Part shown: in pieces, positions 61,998 through 64,000 of the stretch
Numbering within the stretch: the stretch's first letter is position 1
Layout: the number at the start of each line of letters is the position of its first letter
Made by a program: the position numbers and the translations under genes
NCBI GenBank assembly: GCA_028820655.1
Contig: JAPPIK010000014.1
Span: forward strand, 271,079 to 335,078
Origin: Candidatus Poribacteria bacterium
GTDB taxonomy: Bacteria > Poribacteria > WGA-4E > JAJDTR01
DNA length: 64,000 bases
Direction of reading: 5' to 3'
The notes under the pieces: generated by a model
The model's database searches: none
What the model saw: only the letters and a program-made list of their open reading frames with translations
Told to the model about the DNA's origin: nothing

Positions 61998-62025
61998 GTA
62001 GGGAACGCAGATCTCCGTTCCCTAC
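61998..62025. terminator. Perfect 10-bp-stem hairpin gtagggaacg-cagatctc-cgttccctac between convergent genes; possible bidirectional terminator (no clear U-tract)
   Basis: Read directly. Confidence 0.3.
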
Positions 62026-62105
62026 TGATGTAATGATTGGAAGATAATCGAGGTTTCAGGGTTTTCACTGACCACTAGCCACTAAACACTTACCTTGAGT
62101 CAAAC

Positions 62106-63332
62106 CTATGGCATTCCCGCAATGATGTTCTGAACATCGGCTTCCAATTCAAGGGTGATTTGTTGGGTCGTCTGTCTTTTCTGTTTTTTGTAGGCCTCAT
62201 AGGAATCCAAGAGGTTCTTGGGCGTTCCAATACGCAGGAAGGCATTCAAGGCACCTTTGACGTTTGATCGACCGTAGACTTCGACCTCGAGGCGCGTGAT
62301 GACCTCCAGGAAGCGTTCTTGGGAGGGATCTTCTCCGATGTAGCCTTCGTAGATGGCGATCGAGTTCACGATGCGGCGCACGTCGGTGTAAAACTGCCGA
62401 AACTTGTCAACGCGCTGGGCGTGAACTCCTCTCTCGTATTCCGTCATCTCATCCACATCCCGGTAAATCTCCTCGTCGATTCGATTCTGGATTGCCCGCA
62501 CCCGCCTGAGCGGGTTGCGGTCGGATTGCGGTGAGATTTCCAGGAAGCTCTCCATCTGCGACAGAATGTGTTCGCGCATCTGTAGGATACGGTCGTTCAG
62601 TGTCGCCCCTTCATCAAAGCGCAGGTGATACTCTCTCGCCAGTATCGACAGCAGGCTACCTCCCACGTTCTTCACGCGCTCGTACAGGTCTGTGGGTCGG
62701 TCGGCGGGGTCGGGCAGCACGCTGCGTTCCAGATTTGCCAGCGCCTCCTCGATTTGATCCCACATGTCGTTTCTGTAGACGTACTTAATCCCGACGGGCA
62801 CGAGGTAGAGCGGTTTCAGGTCGCCCGCCTTCTCCATGTCGTTGAGCGCCCACATTCCGAACTGAACGATGCCGCTCTCAAACGGCATGATGGTTTCGTT
62901 CTGGTGCGAGATTTCGCCTTCGCCGAAGATGACCAGCTTGCGCGCCCCTTTGGCTAGGGTTTCGCGCGTCAGCCGGAACGAGTCGCGGTCCACGGCGCCG
63001 CGCACGACGGAATAGACGCCCAGGCGCGTCATGAAGAAGCCTCTCAATTTCAGCCCCGCTATTTTGCGGTCGAAGGTTTCGCGCGCGCACATGTACCGGA
63101 ATCGTTCGCCGCATCGGGTTGAAAGTGTGAACAACACGTGGGGATCGGCGCGGGAGGGATGGTTCGGTACCAGGATGGTCGCGTAGCCATCGGTAGACTT
63201 CAGCCTGTCGAGGGATTCGGAGTCGATATCGACATGCGAAACCCTTGTCGTGAGGCGCATCAGGAGCGGCAGCAGGAGTTTGACGCTCCCGATGACGAAG
63301 GTGTTGTCTTTTGGGGGTTTGAAGTCTAGCAT
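62106..63332 (-). CDS. Lysophospholipid/glycerol-3-phosphate acyltransferase family protein
   Basis: HX4D motif 'NHPSRADP' and 'IFGEGEIS' (block III) typical of PlsC/GPAT superfamily; 408 aa. Confidence 0.65.
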   Translation of the reverse strand: MLDFKPPKDNTFVIGSVKLLLPLLMRLTTRVSHVDIDSESLDRLKSTDGYATILVPNHPSRADPHVLFTLSTRCGERFRYMCARETFDRKIAGLKLRGFFMTRLGVYSVVRGAVDRDSFRLTRETLAKGARKLVIFGEGEISHQNETIMPFESGIVQFGMWALNDMEKAGDLKPLYLVPVGIKYVYRNDMWDQIEEALANLERSVLPDPADRPTDLYERVKNVGGSLLSILAREYHLRFDEGATLNDRILQMREHILSQMESFLEISPQSDRNPLRRVRAIQNRIDEEIYRDVDEMTEYERGVHAQRVDKFRQFYTDVRRIVNSIAIYEGYIGEDPSQERFLEVITRLEVEVYGRSNVKGALNAFLRIGTPKNLLDSYEAYKKQKRQTTQQITLELEADVQNIIAGMP

Positions 63333-63580
63333 TGGTTTGCTCCAGGATTATTTAGCTCGACTTTGTACATTTGTAGGGTGGGCACTGCCCACCATTCCTT
63401 GTAAGGTGTGCACTGCGCCCCAGCCTCTGGAAGTGCCAGCGGGATCAACCGAACGAATAGCGAGTTCGATAGGAATCCCCTTGCCCGATCCACACAAGTT
63501 TCTTTACTTAATCCACGCAATCAATACACTTGAACTTTTGAGAATTGGTATAAGTAAAGATTTTCAAACAGGTCGTAAGA

Positions 63581-63898
63581 CTAAGACAACGCGTGCAAAT
63601 CCCGCTGCCGCTCCTCCCAATCCGGCAGATAGGCGTGCATGAAACTCCGAAACAGCCTGCCGTGATTCGGGGCGAGAAGATGGACGAGTTCATGCACAAT
63701 CACAAACTCTCCCAACGCCACCGGGAGGTCAAGTAGTTCGGTGCTCAAAGTCAATCGCCCAGTTGTGGATATAGATGCCCACTTTTTCCGCATGTCCCGC
63801 AGATGAACCTCGCGCACGGTTACGCCCATATGCTGCGCCCACTGGTGTACCGTGCTCTTCAAAGTGGCCGAATCATGCCGTGGGTTCTCGCAATTCAT
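63581..63898 (-). CDS. DUF45/YgjP-like metal-dependent hydrolase, C-terminal HExxH region only (short or truncated)
   Basis: 'FVIVHELVHLLAPNHGRLFRSFMHAYLPDWEERQRDL' matches DUF45 zincin-like C-terminus; expected N-terminal ~120 aa absent from ORF. Confidence 0.4.
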   Translation of the reverse strand: MNCENPRHDSATLKSTVHQWAQHMGVTVREVHLRDMRKKWASISTTGRLTLSTELLDLPVALGEFVIVHELVHLLAPNHGRLFRSFMHAYLPDWEERQRDLHALS

Positions 63899-64000
63899 AG
63901 TCGTTTTCTCGCTATCAAATGGGGTGGGTCGGGTGTGGTTTGGATTCTTGTAAAGGGTTAATTCTCCTCACGGAGTTAAATCAGAGCGACATCAATGCTT

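Overview
This 64-kb chromosomal window comes from a bacterium whose lineage I cannot assign from sequence alone; an LptE-like lipoprotein and a full complex I suggest a diderm. From about 2.2 kb to 57.4 kb almost every gene is on the + strand and is housekeeping or bioenergetic.

Gene order, left to right:
- ligA and a sugar-phosphate isomerase.
- A long translation/RNA-processing cluster: rimP-nusA-ylxR-infB-(DUF503 pseudogene with an in-frame TAG)-rbfA-nrnA-truB-ribF-rpsO-pnp.
- Two putative lipoproteins.
- Glycine cleavage genes gcvT-gcvH-gcvP, then trkA-trkH and pdxH.
- A complex I locus nuoA-B-C-D-E-F-G-H-J-K-L-M-N. It lacks nuoI at the canonical H/J junction and carries three insertions: a VOC/glyoxalase-like gene after nuoD; an ABC ATPase plus multi-TM membrane protein after nuoF; and an ArsB/NhaD-type permease with a His-rich periplasmic N-terminus between nuoM and nuoN.
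- An F1Fo ATP synthase locus atpZ-I-B-E-F-H-A-G-D-C that is interrupted twice: a hicB-hicA toxin-antitoxin pair between atpA and atpG, and a 3.4-kb four-gene cassette between atpG and atpD. The cassette encodes a secreted dockerin / cytochrome-like / Cu-monooxygenase-like protein, a tandem-repeat lipoprotein, a cupin and a DUF1992 protein.

The left edge holds a RAYT/IS200-like tyrosine transposase with an adjacent perfect palindrome. The right edge holds a sigma-54 activator with a degenerate receiver domain plus a membrane protein (- strand), two ~200-bp direct repeats with an embedded 21-bp palindrome, a PhyH-family dioxygenase, an acyltransferase and a DUF45 fragment. I recognised no rRNA, tRNA or CRISPR array.

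The most unusual aspects are the repeated use of both core respiratory operons as landing sites for accessory genes (including a TA module), and P-side His-rich decorations on Fo subunits a and c and on the permease inserted in the nuo operon.
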